64,000 nt of DNA from Cyanobacteriota bacterium (GCA_033764955.1 JANRIL010000048.1:32001-96000), one strand, 5' to 3'; numbered from the stretch's first letter, positions 43,031-52,930 are shown. Notes: generated by a model not told the origin, from the letters alone. Numbers and translations: made by a program.

Positions 43031-43924
43031 TTAATTCAACCAGCTTGATAGATCAGTTTGTATCAAATCCTGAAGATGAAGAATGTCATCACGAAAATAT
43101 TCAGTAAGTTCTCCTCTCATATCCAAATCTAGGGGAGGAATGGTTTGTTTGGGTAAATAATGAGATAGGCGGAGAGGCCATTGTACATAAGGTTCAAGTT
43201 CAGGGTTAAACATTGTTCTTCCATGAATGAATACAAAAGCTTTTCTGTATAAGAGGTTACCAAAAAGAATTTGACCTAAGAGAGGAAACTTGGGGATCCA
43301 GCCCGGATTTGAGTGAGGAAACTTTATGTCAAAAGATGAGATTGATAGAAAGGAAAAGATTTTTTCAAGAATTGCAACTTGTTTTTCTTGAACGTGTGTG
43401 GTTAAATCCTCAAATAAAATGGGCAAAACTTGGTCTTTATCAAAAAGATTGTAATATCGTTTGAGGCAACTGAAGTACATGCCTCGTGCTCTATAATTAA
43501 AAGGACCCGCCTCTGAGCTATTCTTCATCGCCAAATAGAAATCTAAACCAGACTCTCTACCTAAACGAACTTCATGGTTAAAGTGAGCATAAGCCCGATC
43601 AACAGGATGACGAAGAGTAGCTAGAAGTTTCACCTGAGGGATGAGTTTATTAATGCGCTGGGGAGCGTTAGGGCAAGAAAGATATGCAGTTGTTGCTTCT
43701 CCACATAGCTGACCCTCTTTAGCCTCCTCAAAAAACTGACTATACTTTCTCACTTCTGGGGTAGACATTAGATTATGATTTTGCCAGCATGGTAAGTCTT
43801 TATTAAAAAATCGAAGCTCCTTAATTTGACTCATATAAATATCGGGATGTTGGGCAAGAAAGTGGTATAGGGATGAACTGCCTGCTTTATGTGCACCAAT
43901 AACTAACAGATTCGGCAGTTTCAT
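43031..43924 (-). CDS. PAPS-dependent sulfotransferase
   Basis: IGAHKAGSSSL..L.QHP, KELRFF, GEATTAY, LRHPVDRAY. Confidence 0.9.
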   Translation of the reverse strand: MKLPNLLVIGAHKAGSSSLYHFLAQHPDIYMSQIKELRFFNKDLPCWQNHNLMSTPEVRKYSQFFEEAKEGQLCGEATTAYLSCPNAPQRINKLIPQVKLLATLRHPVDRAYAHFNHEVRLGRESGLDFYLAMKNSSEAGPFNYRARGMYFSCLKRYYNLFDKDQVLPILFEDLTTHVQEKQVAILEKIFSFLSISSFDIKFPHSNPGWIPKFPLLGQILFGNLLYRKAFVFIHGRTMFNPELEPYVQWPLRLSHYLPKQTIPPLDLDMRGELTEYFRDDILHLQDLIQTDLSSWLN

Positions 43925-45066
43925 GGAAATCCTTCTCCGTCCAATTGCTGATAAATGCGGCTAAAAGTGCTAGCACAACGATCTAAACTGAATATTTCTA
44001 TGGAGCGGCGACGGGCTGCTAGACCCATATTTTCTGCAATTTGTGGATGCTCAAGCAGATGAATAACTGAGGATACTAACCCTTGCTGATCATCTCGCTC
44101 AATCAGTAAGCCCGTTTCATTGTCCACAACAATTTCTGGGATCCCACCATCTCGCGTGGCAACAATTGGTCTTGCCATCTGAGCTGCTTGCAGAGCCACA
44201 AGACCAAAAGGTTCATTCCAACGAGAGGGCATTAAAATTATGCTAACAGAGTTTAGCAATGCGGCTACCTTATCTTTTTCAACCCATCCTAAAAATTTAA
44301 CTTGGTTGCTAATCTCTAAAGCCTCAACAAGATCAACTAAAGCAGGCATTTCTGGTCCACCGCCTGCAATGATCAGTTGACAATCTGGAATTTTTTTTAA
44401 AATTGAGGGCATAGCTTTTATTGCTAAATCAAATCCTTTATGTGGAACAATACGACCCAAACATAATAGCTTAGGGGGACTAAAAGTAATTGTTTCGGGG
44501 ATAGCATCAGGAATATAAAGACCATTATAGACAAGTTCAGCCTTATGAGAGATTTCGGGGAAAACCGCTAAAAAATCCTTCATGAGTGATTCTGATACGG
44601 CAGTTATTCGCTGAGCTTTACTTAAAACCTTTGTAATTATGGACTCCGAGTTGATTGTAATTTCAGGGTGAAAAATTGGATTAAGTGGTGAATGAAGAGA
44701 ATAAAGAATAGGTATATCCTTGATTTTTGACATCCTTATTATTCTTTCAAAAAAGAATATACTTGGAGATTGAGTATTAACATGTAAGATATTAGGATTA
44801 AACTTAACGATGATCTCACAAATTATTGTAATTAGATCTTTCATTCTCTTGAGATCATGATCATCGAGGATTTTACGAAATGGGAAACGATGTACGGAAA
44901 GATTAGTATTGGTGCTGTCTGGAAGATCTGATTTACGAACTTTGTTGGAGGTAATAACGCAAAACTGATGCCCCTGTTGACAGAGGTAAGTGATCAGATC
45001 AGATGATAGGATCTCAACTCCTCCAATGTCTGGGAAAAATTGCTCGGACCAGTAAAGCACTTTCAT
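43921..45066 (-). CDS. Glycosyltransferase family 4
   Basis: GGVE, YNG, GRIVPHKGFD, EPFGLVALQA, GGIPEIV. Confidence 0.93.
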   Translation of the reverse strand: MKVLYWSEQFFPDIGGVEILSSDLITYLCQQGHQFCVITSNKVRKSDLPDSTNTNLSVHRFPFRKILDDHDLKRMKDLITIICEIIVKFNPNILHVNTQSPSIFFFERIIRMSKIKDIPILYSLHSPLNPIFHPEITINSESIITKVLSKAQRITAVSESLMKDFLAVFPEISHKAELVYNGLYIPDAIPETITFSPPKLLCLGRIVPHKGFDLAIKAMPSILKKIPDCQLIIAGGGPEMPALVDLVEALEISNQVKFLGWVEKDKVAALLNSVSIILMPSRWNEPFGLVALQAAQMARPIVATRDGGIPEIVVDNETGLLIERDDQQGLVSSVIHLLEHPQIAENMGLAARRRSIEIFSLDRCASTFSRIYQQLDGEGFP

Positions 45067-45068
45067 AG

Positions 45069-46154
45069 CTAACTTAATAATAAATCAAAAACACACTGGT
45101 AAACTGCTTTTAGATCCTGCCCAACCTTAAACTGATAAACAGGCAACTGCTTAACTAGCTTACCTATACTTGTGAAAGTCCAATCCCTTGATCCGGCTAA
45201 GGATGTTAGAATTCTTAAGGTGCTAGGGGCTAGGGTACGGATCCCTTGAGTCGGGCTAGCAAGTATTAGCTGACTAGAATGACTATCCACGATTTGTGGC
45301 ATCAGTATAGCTTTAATTGGTAATGAAGGCATAACTCTCTCAGGGGTATGTTGTGCAGTGAATAACACTGCTTTCTCGTGATCCCAAAAAGAGAAAGAAG
45401 GTAGCGGTTGATCCAATCTTTCAAAGAGTTTTTGACTGTTAAGAGAAAGTTTTCCTGTGTTGTATAAGCTAAAAACTCTTGGATCAGGTTCTAATGAAAC
45501 CATACAAAAATCATCACTGATATAGTTCATACCCTGATGCCAGCAAGCTAAGGCAGTGGTTGACTTACCAGCTCCACCATCTCCTACAATTAAAATACAG
45601 CTCTGTGAAGTGCCAACTGCCGCAGCGTGCAAAAAAAACAACTGTTTCCTTTCTAGCCACCAGAGCAGTATCCTAACAAGCGGTGCAGCTCTTTCATAAC
45701 TAATATCATAATTCTCAAAATCATGGATGCTTTCCATCCAAAATATGCCCTGCTGAGAGCGGAAATCTAAGATATTGATGACTTTAGGTTGAGTGCCAAT
45801 TGTTACTTTAATGTGATCTTTACAATTGTTCGCAACTTGTCCCGCACTCCAATAGTCAGCATGAGAAATTCCCAGGCTAGGTATAGCCATATTTGTTGAG
45901 TGGGCATCCCAGATAAAAATGGTCAAGGCAGGCTGACTTGACTGGGATGAGCTTTCTTGATCCGATGGTTTCCATGATAGATGGGCAAAAGCAGGTGTGA
46001 GGCAGTCAACCAATGATGAACCAATAAAGTTTAACTGAATATGGTAGCCAGCTATTAAGTAGTTTTTTACCGTTATGTCAGAAATGTCCCTGATTTTTTG
46101 AAATTGCTCAGTGACTGCCCAATATACTTTATGACTAGGGTCATATTCTGACAT
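45069..46154 (-). CDS. HPr kinase-like P-loop kinase
   Basis: FLHAAAVG, GDGGAGKSTT, YISDD; ATG 46154 lies just after the upstream stop. Confidence 0.88.
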   Translation of the reverse strand: MSEYDPSHKVYWAVTEQFQKIRDISDITVKNYLIAGYHIQLNFIGSSLVDCLTPAFAHLSWKPSDQESSSQSSQPALTIFIWDAHSTNMAIPSLGISHADYWSAGQVANNCKDHIKVTIGTQPKVINILDFRSQQGIFWMESIHDFENYDISYERAAPLVRILLWWLERKQLFFLHAAAVGTSQSCILIVGDGGAGKSTTALACWHQGMNYISDDFCMVSLEPDPRVFSLYNTGKLSLNSQKLFERLDQPLPSFSFWDHEKAVLFTAQHTPERVMPSLPIKAILMPQIVDSHSSQLILASPTQGIRTLAPSTLRILTSLAGSRDWTFTSIGKLVKQLPVYQFKVGQDLKAVYQCVFDLLLS

Positions 46155-46156
46155 AA

Positions 46157-46594
46157 TCAATTTTTGGTTACGATCGGCCACCCATCCTCGCCAACCTCAT
46201 GAATGGGATCAAGGACAAGTAGATGCTGCATGTCAGCATAGCATTCTAACTTTGGAGCCTCGTAGACGATTTTTGTAGTTTCAGTAGTGGTAAGATTAGT
46301 AGCTAGTTCATCTGAAAGGCTATCTTTCATGATAATAAGTTGATACTCGTGTAGATGATCCAAAAATGTTTTTACATCAGAAGCAAACCCAAGTGGAGGA
46401 TCCCTGAAAACCTGGGGTATTTTACTAATGAGTTCATCCAGTGATATTCCCTCTTCCAGAAATCTCCAAATTTGTGTTCCTGACTGATTCAGACTAAAAT
46501 AAAGACCTGTTTCTAGATAAACAACAATAACTTCATCTCCGAAGTCTTCATAGCTGATTGCGGTGGAATTAATGAGCACAGTTTTGACATCCAT
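46157..46594 (-). CDS. PqqD/RRE-family protein with C-terminal leader/core-like extension
   Basis: DEVIVVYLETGLYFSLNQSGTQIW...DVKTFLDHL...LI (RRE pattern), Thr-rich linker, then YEAPKL...DMQHLLVLDPIHEVGEDGWP. Confidence 0.88.
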   Translation of the reverse strand: MDVKTVLINSTAISYEDFGDEVIVVYLETGLYFSLNQSGTQIWRFLEEGISLDELISKIPQVFRDPPLGFASDVKTFLDHLHEYQLIIMKDSLSDELATNLTTTETTKIVYEAPKLECYADMQHLLVLDPIHEVGEDGWPIVTKN

Positions 46595-47137
46595 ATTTCT
46601 TGAGCTTAGTAAAAACGGAGCATCATTAATCCTTTATTAGCTTCTTGCAGGCGCTAGCGTGGTGAGCAATTTCTGAATGACTTCGCTTGCTTATGGCAAT
46701 GTATATTCAGTAAAACTCGGAAGAAGTCAATATCCTACAAACACTAATACCTCAGATGATCAATAGATGCAACCGTCTTGAACCAATAAAATTTGAACAA
46801 GGTGAATATGCAGAAGCACATCGTGCCAATAGGTGAGTTTCTTTTAATCTCGATGACACCTCTGTTCAGAATCTTGAGAGGTTCCAATAGTTCTGAAGCT
46901 CCTGGTAGACTTACGTTTAAGCTTCTTGAACAGGTAGTTGAGGATGATCAAGGGTTAGTTGGTTGGCTAGGAGAAGAATGTCGAGGGCAACCTACCCTAG
47001 TAGCTCCCCCTATAATCCCCTTCCCTGGCTAGTTTTCTGGCATTCGGTCATCAAACTAGCTGACATTCTTACCAATCTGCTCTAATCTAGCGGACAGCCC
47101 ACGTTTCACAAAACGCTAGGAACAAAGGATCGGGATT

Positions 47138-48289
47138 ATGGCAGAAGGGGAGTACAAGCCGGGGTTAGAGGGGGTGCCTGCTACTAGCTCGAACATCAGT
47201 TTTGTGGATGGGCAAGTCGGATTGTTGGAATATCGCGGGATCCCGATTACCGAACTCACCACCCATAGTACCTTTTTAGAAACGGCGCATCTGCTGATCT
47301 ATGATCACCTACCCACTCAGACCGATCTGGAAGAATTTGAACAGGCTATTGTTGGGCATCGTCGCGTCAAGTACCGAATCATCGACATGATCAAATCCTT
47401 TCCTGAATCTGGTCACCCGATGGACGCCTTGCAAACCTGTGTGGCTGCCTTGGGTTTATTTTATCCGATTCAAGAATATTCCCATGATTATGTATTTGGC
47501 ACCGTAACTCGCCTGCTAGCCAAAGTTCCCACTTTAGTGGCTGCCTTTCATCAAATGCGGCAAGGCAACGATCCGATTCCTCCCCGCGATGATCTGGATC
47601 ATTCCGCTAATTTTCTCTATATGCTTTCGGGGCAAGTTCCGGATCCGGCACTGTCTAAAATTTTTGATACCTGCTTGATCATGCACGCCGAACATACGGT
47701 GAATGCCTCCACCTTTGCTTTATTGGTGACGGCTTCCACATTAGCCAATCCTTATAGCGCGATTGCTTCTGCCATTGGCACCCTCTCTGGACAATTGCAT
47801 GGGGGTGCCAATGAACAGGTGATGGTGATGCTGCGACAAATTGGTTCGGTAGAAAATGTTCGCCCCTTTATTGAGGAGAAACTAGCTAAAAAACAAAAGA
47901 TTATGGGGATTGGCCATCGGGTCTACAAAGTTAAAGATCCGCGAGCGATCATTCTACAAAAGTTTGCGGAAGCGATGTTCACCGGCAAGGAACATAGCAA
48001 ATTTTATGACATTGCTTTAGAGGTGGAAAAGGTCTGTGAGGAATTGGTGGGAGCCAAAGGCATTTATCCCAACGTCGATTTTTATTCCGGTTTGGTCTAT
48101 GCCAAGTTAGGGATCCCGGAGGATTTGTTTACCCCTGTATTTGCTATTTCGCGGGTGGCTGGATGGTTAGCCCATTGGCGGGAGCAGCTCTCCGATAACC
48201 GTCTTTTCCGCCCTACCCAGGTTTATACCGGATTGCGGGATCAATCTTATGTTCCCTTGGCAGAGCGGGTTTATCCGACTTCGGCATGA
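47138..48289 (+). CDS. gltA: Citrate synthase
   Basis: HAEHTVNAST, LHGGANE, GIGHRVYK..DPR, YPNVDFYSG. Confidence 0.98.
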   Translation: MAEGEYKPGLEGVPATSSNISFVDGQVGLLEYRGIPITELTTHSTFLETAHLLIYDHLPTQTDLEEFEQAIVGHRRVKYRIIDMIKSFPESGHPMDALQTCVAALGLFYPIQEYSHDYVFGTVTRLLAKVPTLVAAFHQMRQGNDPIPPRDDLDHSANFLYMLSGQVPDPALSKIFDTCLIMHAEHTVNASTFALLVTASTLANPYSAIASAIGTLSGQLHGGANEQVMVMLRQIGSVENVRPFIEEKLAKKQKIMGIGHRVYKVKDPRAIILQKFAEAMFTGKEHSKFYDIALEVEKVCEELVGAKGIYPNVDFYSGLVYAKLGIPEDLFTPVFAISRVAGWLAHWREQLSDNRLFRPTQVYTGLRDQSYVPLAERVYPTSA

Positions 48290-49038
48290 TCTGGCTGATT
48301 GGGGGAACCCAAGAAAGTAGGGCAATTGCTCATCTGCTGGATGGGGCAGCTTATCCCTGGGTTGTCACCGTCACAACCCCCACGGCTACTCGACTTTATC
48401 AAGGGTGTAAGGGATCCCTTTGGGTGGGATGTTTGGATACCCAATCGCTGGATAAGTTTTTGCTCCAATACTCTATCCAATGGATTGTAGATGCCTCCCA
48501 CCCCTTTGCTACCCAAATTTCCCAGTTGGCTATCCAAGCGGCTCAGCACCATCAGTTGCCCTATTTGCGGTTTGAACGACCCTACTTACCCGTTAACTCG
48601 CAGGTGGAGGTTGTTCCCGATTGGCCAGCCCTTTTGCAGGATGATTATTTATGTCACCGACGTATTTTATTAACCGTTGGCGTGAAGGCTTTGCCCTATT
48701 TTTTGCCCTGGTTAATCGCTAGTCAATTTTGGGCGAGAATCCTGCCTTCCTCTCTAGGGCAAGCCATGGCGATGGGGTTCTCAAGGGAACAGTTGATTCC
48801 TTTGCGGCTACCCCTTACACTGACTCAAGAAATCGACCTCTGGCGGGACTTAGCAGTTGATACCGTTATCACAAAATCATCGGGAGAAAGTGGAGGACTT
48901 GCCATTAAACAGGCGGCAGCCACTCAACTGGGGGTGAGATTATTAGTAGTTGAACGCCCTCCCTTGCTATACCCTCAACAAACTTCCAAATTCGATACTG
49001 TTTTAGCTTTTTGTCGGGATCCCTTTTCATTCACTTAG
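48286..49038 (+). CDS. cobK: Cobalt-precorrin-6A reductase (CbiJ/CobK)
   Basis: IGGTQES, VDASHPFA, RFERP, ITKSSG. Confidence 0.93.
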   Translation: MIWLIGGTQESRAIAHLLDGAAYPWVVTVTTPTATRLYQGCKGSLWVGCLDTQSLDKFLLQYSIQWIVDASHPFATQISQLAIQAAQHHQLPYLRFERPYLPVNSQVEVVPDWPALLQDDYLCHRRILLTVGVKALPYFLPWLIASQFWARILPSSLGQAMAMGFSREQLIPLRLPLTLTQEIDLWRDLAVDTVITKSSGESGGLAIKQAAATQLGVRLLVVERPPLLYPQQTSKFDTVLAFCRDPFSFT

Positions 49039-49120
49039 CAATTTCCCTCCACCTCGATGGATCAAGCGATACCCTGGAGGGGTAAACTTTTGTAGCTGCT
49101 GGGTGTCGAGTTTAACTGCC

Positions 49121-50515
49121 ATGAGAGAAAAACCCTTGCGAGTTGTGATCGTTCGCCACGGTGAAAGCACCTTCAATATCGAAAAACGCATCCAGGGGCG
49201 CTCCGATCAGGCGGTGCTGACGAATCACGGCCAAACCCAAGCCCAAGCGGTCGCCCAAGCTCTCGCTCCGCTGCCTATTCATCTGGCCTTCAGTAGCCCC
49301 CTGCAACGGGCGCAGCGAACCGCCCAGATCATCCTGGCGGAACGTGACGGCATCCCTTTCGTCAGCACCGATCTCTTGCGGGAGATTGATCTGACGGCCT
49401 GGGAGGGATTGACTTTTGCCGAGGTCAAGCAAAAATTTCCAGAGGATCATCAACGCTGGCGCTACCATCCCCATTTGCTGTCTCTCCACCAACGCTATCC
49501 GGTGGTCGATCTCTGGCAACAGGCTCAAGACTTTTGGACTTATCTTGGGCAGGAAATGGAGAAGATCTCGCCTAATGGGGATGAAGAGTCGGATCCGTCC
49601 CCCATGACCATTTTGGTTGTCGGACACAGTGGCATCAACCGCGCCTTGATCGGGGCAAGCACGGGCATTCATTGCCAGCACTACCACCGCTTCGGGCAGG
49701 ATAACTGTGCCCTATCAATTCTGAACTTTCCCCACGGTTTAAACCATCCCGCCCAGTTAGAGTCCCTCAACCTCACCCATCATTTAGGGGATCCCTTGCC
49801 CCAATCAAAAGGGGGATTGCGTTTGCTGTTAGTGCGCCACGGGGAGACTCAGTGGAACCGTGAACAACGCTTTCAGGGACAAAAAGATATCCCCCTCAAT
49901 GCCACCGGAGAGGAGCAGGCGCAGCAAGTCGGCGCTTTTTTGGCATCCCAGTCCATTGATCTGGCTTTTTCTAGCCCTTTGTTGCGCCCTTGGGCAACCG
50001 CTATGGCCATTTGCCAGCAACATGCTAGCCAGTTGGGATCCCCCTTAGATCTGGTGCCTTTGCCCGATTTACAAGAAATCTGTCATGGAGAGTGGGAGGG
50101 CAAACTGCAAAGGGAGATTGAAGCGGAATATCCTGGGCTACTGGAACAATGGCAGCAGGCTCCCGCGACGGTGGATATGCCCTGCGGAGAAAATCTGCAA
50201 CAGGTTTGGCAACGCGCTCAACAAGCCTGGAATACCATCTTGGAAAAGTCGGCTCAAACCCTAGCCAACCCATCAGCGGAGAGTCCCCATCTGACTACGC
50301 TGGTGGTCGCCCACGATGCCATCAACAAAGCAATTCTCTGTCAGCTTTTTGATCGTTCCCCAGAAGCGTTTTGGCTATTTAAGCAAGGGAATGGGGCCGT
50401 CACAGTGATTGACTATCCTGAAGGGGCAGAAGGGTTTCCTGTCCTGCGTTGCCTGAATATCACCAGTCATCTAACGGGGGGAGTCTTAGACAGCACCGCT
50501 GCCGGAGCCTTATAA
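49121..50515 (+). CDS. Double-domain histidine phosphatase (phosphoglycerate mutase-like; possible phosphoserine phosphatase)
   Basis: Two RHG motifs (VRHGES, VRHGET); C-terminal GGVLDSTAAGAL. Confidence 0.9.
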   Translation: MREKPLRVVIVRHGESTFNIEKRIQGRSDQAVLTNHGQTQAQAVAQALAPLPIHLAFSSPLQRAQRTAQIILAERDGIPFVSTDLLREIDLTAWEGLTFAEVKQKFPEDHQRWRYHPHLLSLHQRYPVVDLWQQAQDFWTYLGQEMEKISPNGDEESDPSPMTILVVGHSGINRALIGASTGIHCQHYHRFGQDNCALSILNFPHGLNHPAQLESLNLTHHLGDPLPQSKGGLRLLLVRHGETQWNREQRFQGQKDIPLNATGEEQAQQVGAFLASQSIDLAFSSPLLRPWATAMAICQQHASQLGSPLDLVPLPDLQEICHGEWEGKLQREIEAEYPGLLEQWQQAPATVDMPCGENLQQVWQRAQQAWNTILEKSAQTLANPSAESPHLTTLVVAHDAINKAILCQLFDRSPEAFWLFKQGNGAVTVIDYPEGAEGFPVLRCLNITSHLTGGVLDSTAAGAL

Positions 50516-50548
50516 GATTTTTTCGAGGAGCGAGCAGCCAACCATCTC

Positions 50549-51210
50549 TCAATCGGATCCCAAATGACCCAGCGCGGCGATGACTTGCTTGGGCAAATCC
50601 AATGGGGATCCCGAATTATCAATCACCCGATCCGCTTGGGGAATTTTTTGGCTGAGGGGCCACTGACTGAGCAGACGGTTCTGAAGATCGGCTGGCGAGA
50701 GATCAGGATCCCGTTTTTGCAAGCGCTCTCGCTGTTGGGCTGCCGTACAGATAACCAACCAAATTTCGTTGACCAAATCAGTCATATTGGCTTCAAAAAG
50801 TAGTGGGATCATCAAGCAAACGGTTGGGGCGCTAGCATAATGGTTCAAAAAAAAAACAACTCCTGTCGGACAACGGGATGAATTTGCTCCTCCAACCAAC
50901 GGCGCTGTTCAGGATTAGCAAAAATGGTTTGCCCCAAAGCGCGGCGATTTAGGGATCCCTGCTCATCAAGAATCTCAGTGCCAAAATGCTGGATCACCCG
51001 TTGCTCAATCAGGGATCCGCGGGTGAGTGCCTGTCGCGCCAATTGATCCGCATCCGCCAAGGGGATCCCTTGCTGCCGAAGCAACTGGGCGACGGTTGAT
51101 TTGCCCGTAGCAATGCCTCCGGTTAACCCAATGATCCGTTGGGGAGCGGGTTGTTTCGACAACCATTCAGAGGATTTCAAGGGGGCAGTTAAGGAGGTGC
51201 TATCCACCAT
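50549..51210 (-). pseudogene. coaE: Dephospho-CoA kinase split by a frameshift in a T10 tract (possibly a sequencing error)
   Basis: 5' part IGLTGGIATGKST...IHPVVRQELFFF*; 3' part in another frame IPLLFEA...SQWPL...IDNSG; break at A10 50847-50856. Confidence 0.88.
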
Positions 51211-51230
51211 CCCTTGCCAATCGACGGATT

Positions 51231-51866
51231 TCATTTGCTTTCTGAACCCGATAAAGCTGTCGTTATTCCCAGACCAATATACACACCACCTGCAAAATAG
51301 CGCTGACCCTTCAAAAAACGCTGATTTTTCTGGAACCAATGGCCAACCGATCCAGCCAATAGGGCATAGATTCCATCGCTGATCGTTGCCAACAATACAA
51401 ACAAGCCCCCCAAAAATAACATCTGCAAGGTAACATTCCCTTTGGAAATATCGATAAATTGTGGGAGAAAAGCAAAAAAGAAGAAAGCGGTTTTTGGATT
51501 CAATAGATTGACAATGACACCCTGCCAGAAGATTTGCAGCAAGCTGGCTCGCCCAGCCATTTTCTCCCGCTGTGCGTCTTCACGGGACAACAGTTTATGA
51601 ATGCCCAGGAAAATCAGATAAGCTGCGCCCAGGTACTTGACAATATTGAAGGCTAATGCCGATGACAATAGCAGGGCTGAAACACCGCAGGCTGCCGCCG
51701 CCACATGAAACAGAGTACCCAACTCCAAACCCAGAACCGAAGCAAAGCCAGCCATTCTTCCTTGATTGACGCTACGGGCAATAATATAGAGAACAGCCGG
51801 CCCAGGAGTTAAAAGAAGGACTAAAGAAGCGGCGATAAACAAGTATATTTGGGGGAGTTCCGGCAT
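51231..51866 (-). CDS. LysE/RhtB-family exporter
   Basis: TPGPAVLY, KYLGAAYL, NLLNPKT..FF. Confidence 0.93.
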   Translation of the reverse strand: MPELPQIYLFIAASLVLLLTPGPAVLYIIARSVNQGRMAGFASVLGLELGTLFHVAAAACGVSALLLSSALAFNIVKYLGAAYLIFLGIHKLLSREDAQREKMAGRASLLQIFWQGVIVNLLNPKTAFFFFAFLPQFIDISKGNVTLQMLFLGGLFVLLATISDGIYALLAGSVGHWFQKNQRFLKGQRYFAGGVYIGLGITTALSGSESK

Positions 51867-51982
51867 TGAGTCTCTCCGTTCCAGCATGAATAGTTATTCA
51901 CTTTATCTCAAAAGACAACCATGACGAGAATCCCTCATGAATGGTATAGAAGTATGACCATTTCCATCCTCCTCAACCCCTG

Positions 51983-52930
51983 ATGAATGCCTCCTCCTCC
52001 AGCCTGCCCGTCGGACTCTTCATCAGCCAATTTTTGCGAGAACGGGAACGGGATTTAGCCAAAGCCAGCCGACGCACCTACCAGATGGCCTTGACTCAGT
52101 TTGCCGCCACCTGTGAACTGCCACTGGATCAAATTCAACCTCTGCATATTCAGGCTTTTTTGAATAGTTTGAAAGGACGACCCTTCAAAAACAAAGCGGG
52201 ATCCCTGATTTATCCTCCGGCTTCCCCTGCCACCTACAACCTGAAGCGGCTGGCTCTCCAGCAATTTTTTGAGTGGGCGCAGGCTCGCGGATATTGCCAG
52301 CCTCCCTTGCCCACCCAGGTTATTCGCGCCGCCCGCCTCCCCCCCCGCTTGCCCAAAGATCTGGATCGGCTCTTGCTGCAACGAGTGCTAACCCGCGCCC
52401 AAAGCCATTCACTGCGTTATACCGCCTTGTTGCGGGTCATGTTGGAATGCGGTCTTCGCGCTCAGGAATTATTGGATTTAACAGTGCAGGACTTTCAGCA
52501 ATCTCCCGAAGGATCAACTTTAGATATCCGTTCGGGTAAGGGCAGCAAACCTCGCTCGGTGGCCGTGGGGGATCCCTTAGCCGATCTGCTCCGCGACTAT
52601 CTTCAGCAGGAACGCGGACTCTCTGCCCCTACGGATCCTTTGTTTGTCTCCCAATCTCGCTGCGCCGACTATCAGGGCAAACCCCTCACCTATGACGGGC
52701 TGCGTCACATTGTTTTGAAGCTCACCGAAGCAGAACCTGGGCAGCAAACCCCCCACCAATTCCGCCATAGTTTTGCCACCCTGCTCTTGGATCATGGGGT
52801 TGCCCCTGAGCATATTCAACATCTGCTGGGTCATACCACCGCTGCTATGACCATGCGCTATACGCAACGCGCCAACCTGCGGGCGGCGATTGCCCGTTCC
52901 CGTGAAGTCTTGGATCAAGGACTGATCTAG
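51983..52930 (+). CDS. Tyrosine recombinase (XerC/XerD-like)
   Basis: CGLRAQEL, GKGSKPR, PHQFRHSFAT, LLGH, TMRY. Confidence 0.93.
   Translation: MNASSSSLPVGLFISQFLRERERDLAKASRRTYQMALTQFAATCELPLDQIQPLHIQAFLNSLKGRPFKNKAGSLIYPPASPATYNLKRLALQQFFEWAQARGYCQPPLPTQVIRAARLPPRLPKDLDRLLLQRVLTRAQSHSLRYTALLRVMLECGLRAQELLDLTVQDFQQSPEGSTLDIRSGKGSKPRSVAVGDPLADLLRDYLQQERGLSAPTDPLFVSQSRCADYQGKPLTYDGLRHIVLKLTEAEPGQQTPHQFRHSFATLLLDHGVAPEHIQHLLGHTTAAMTMRYTQRANLRAAIARSREVLDQGLI

Noticed and set aside
46595..47137. Free-standing RiPP precursor upstream of the RRE gene, including ORF 46793-47032
   Set aside because: No short minus-strand ORF with a YxxP/leader-like motif found; the + strand ORF has a TTG start and no recognisable features.
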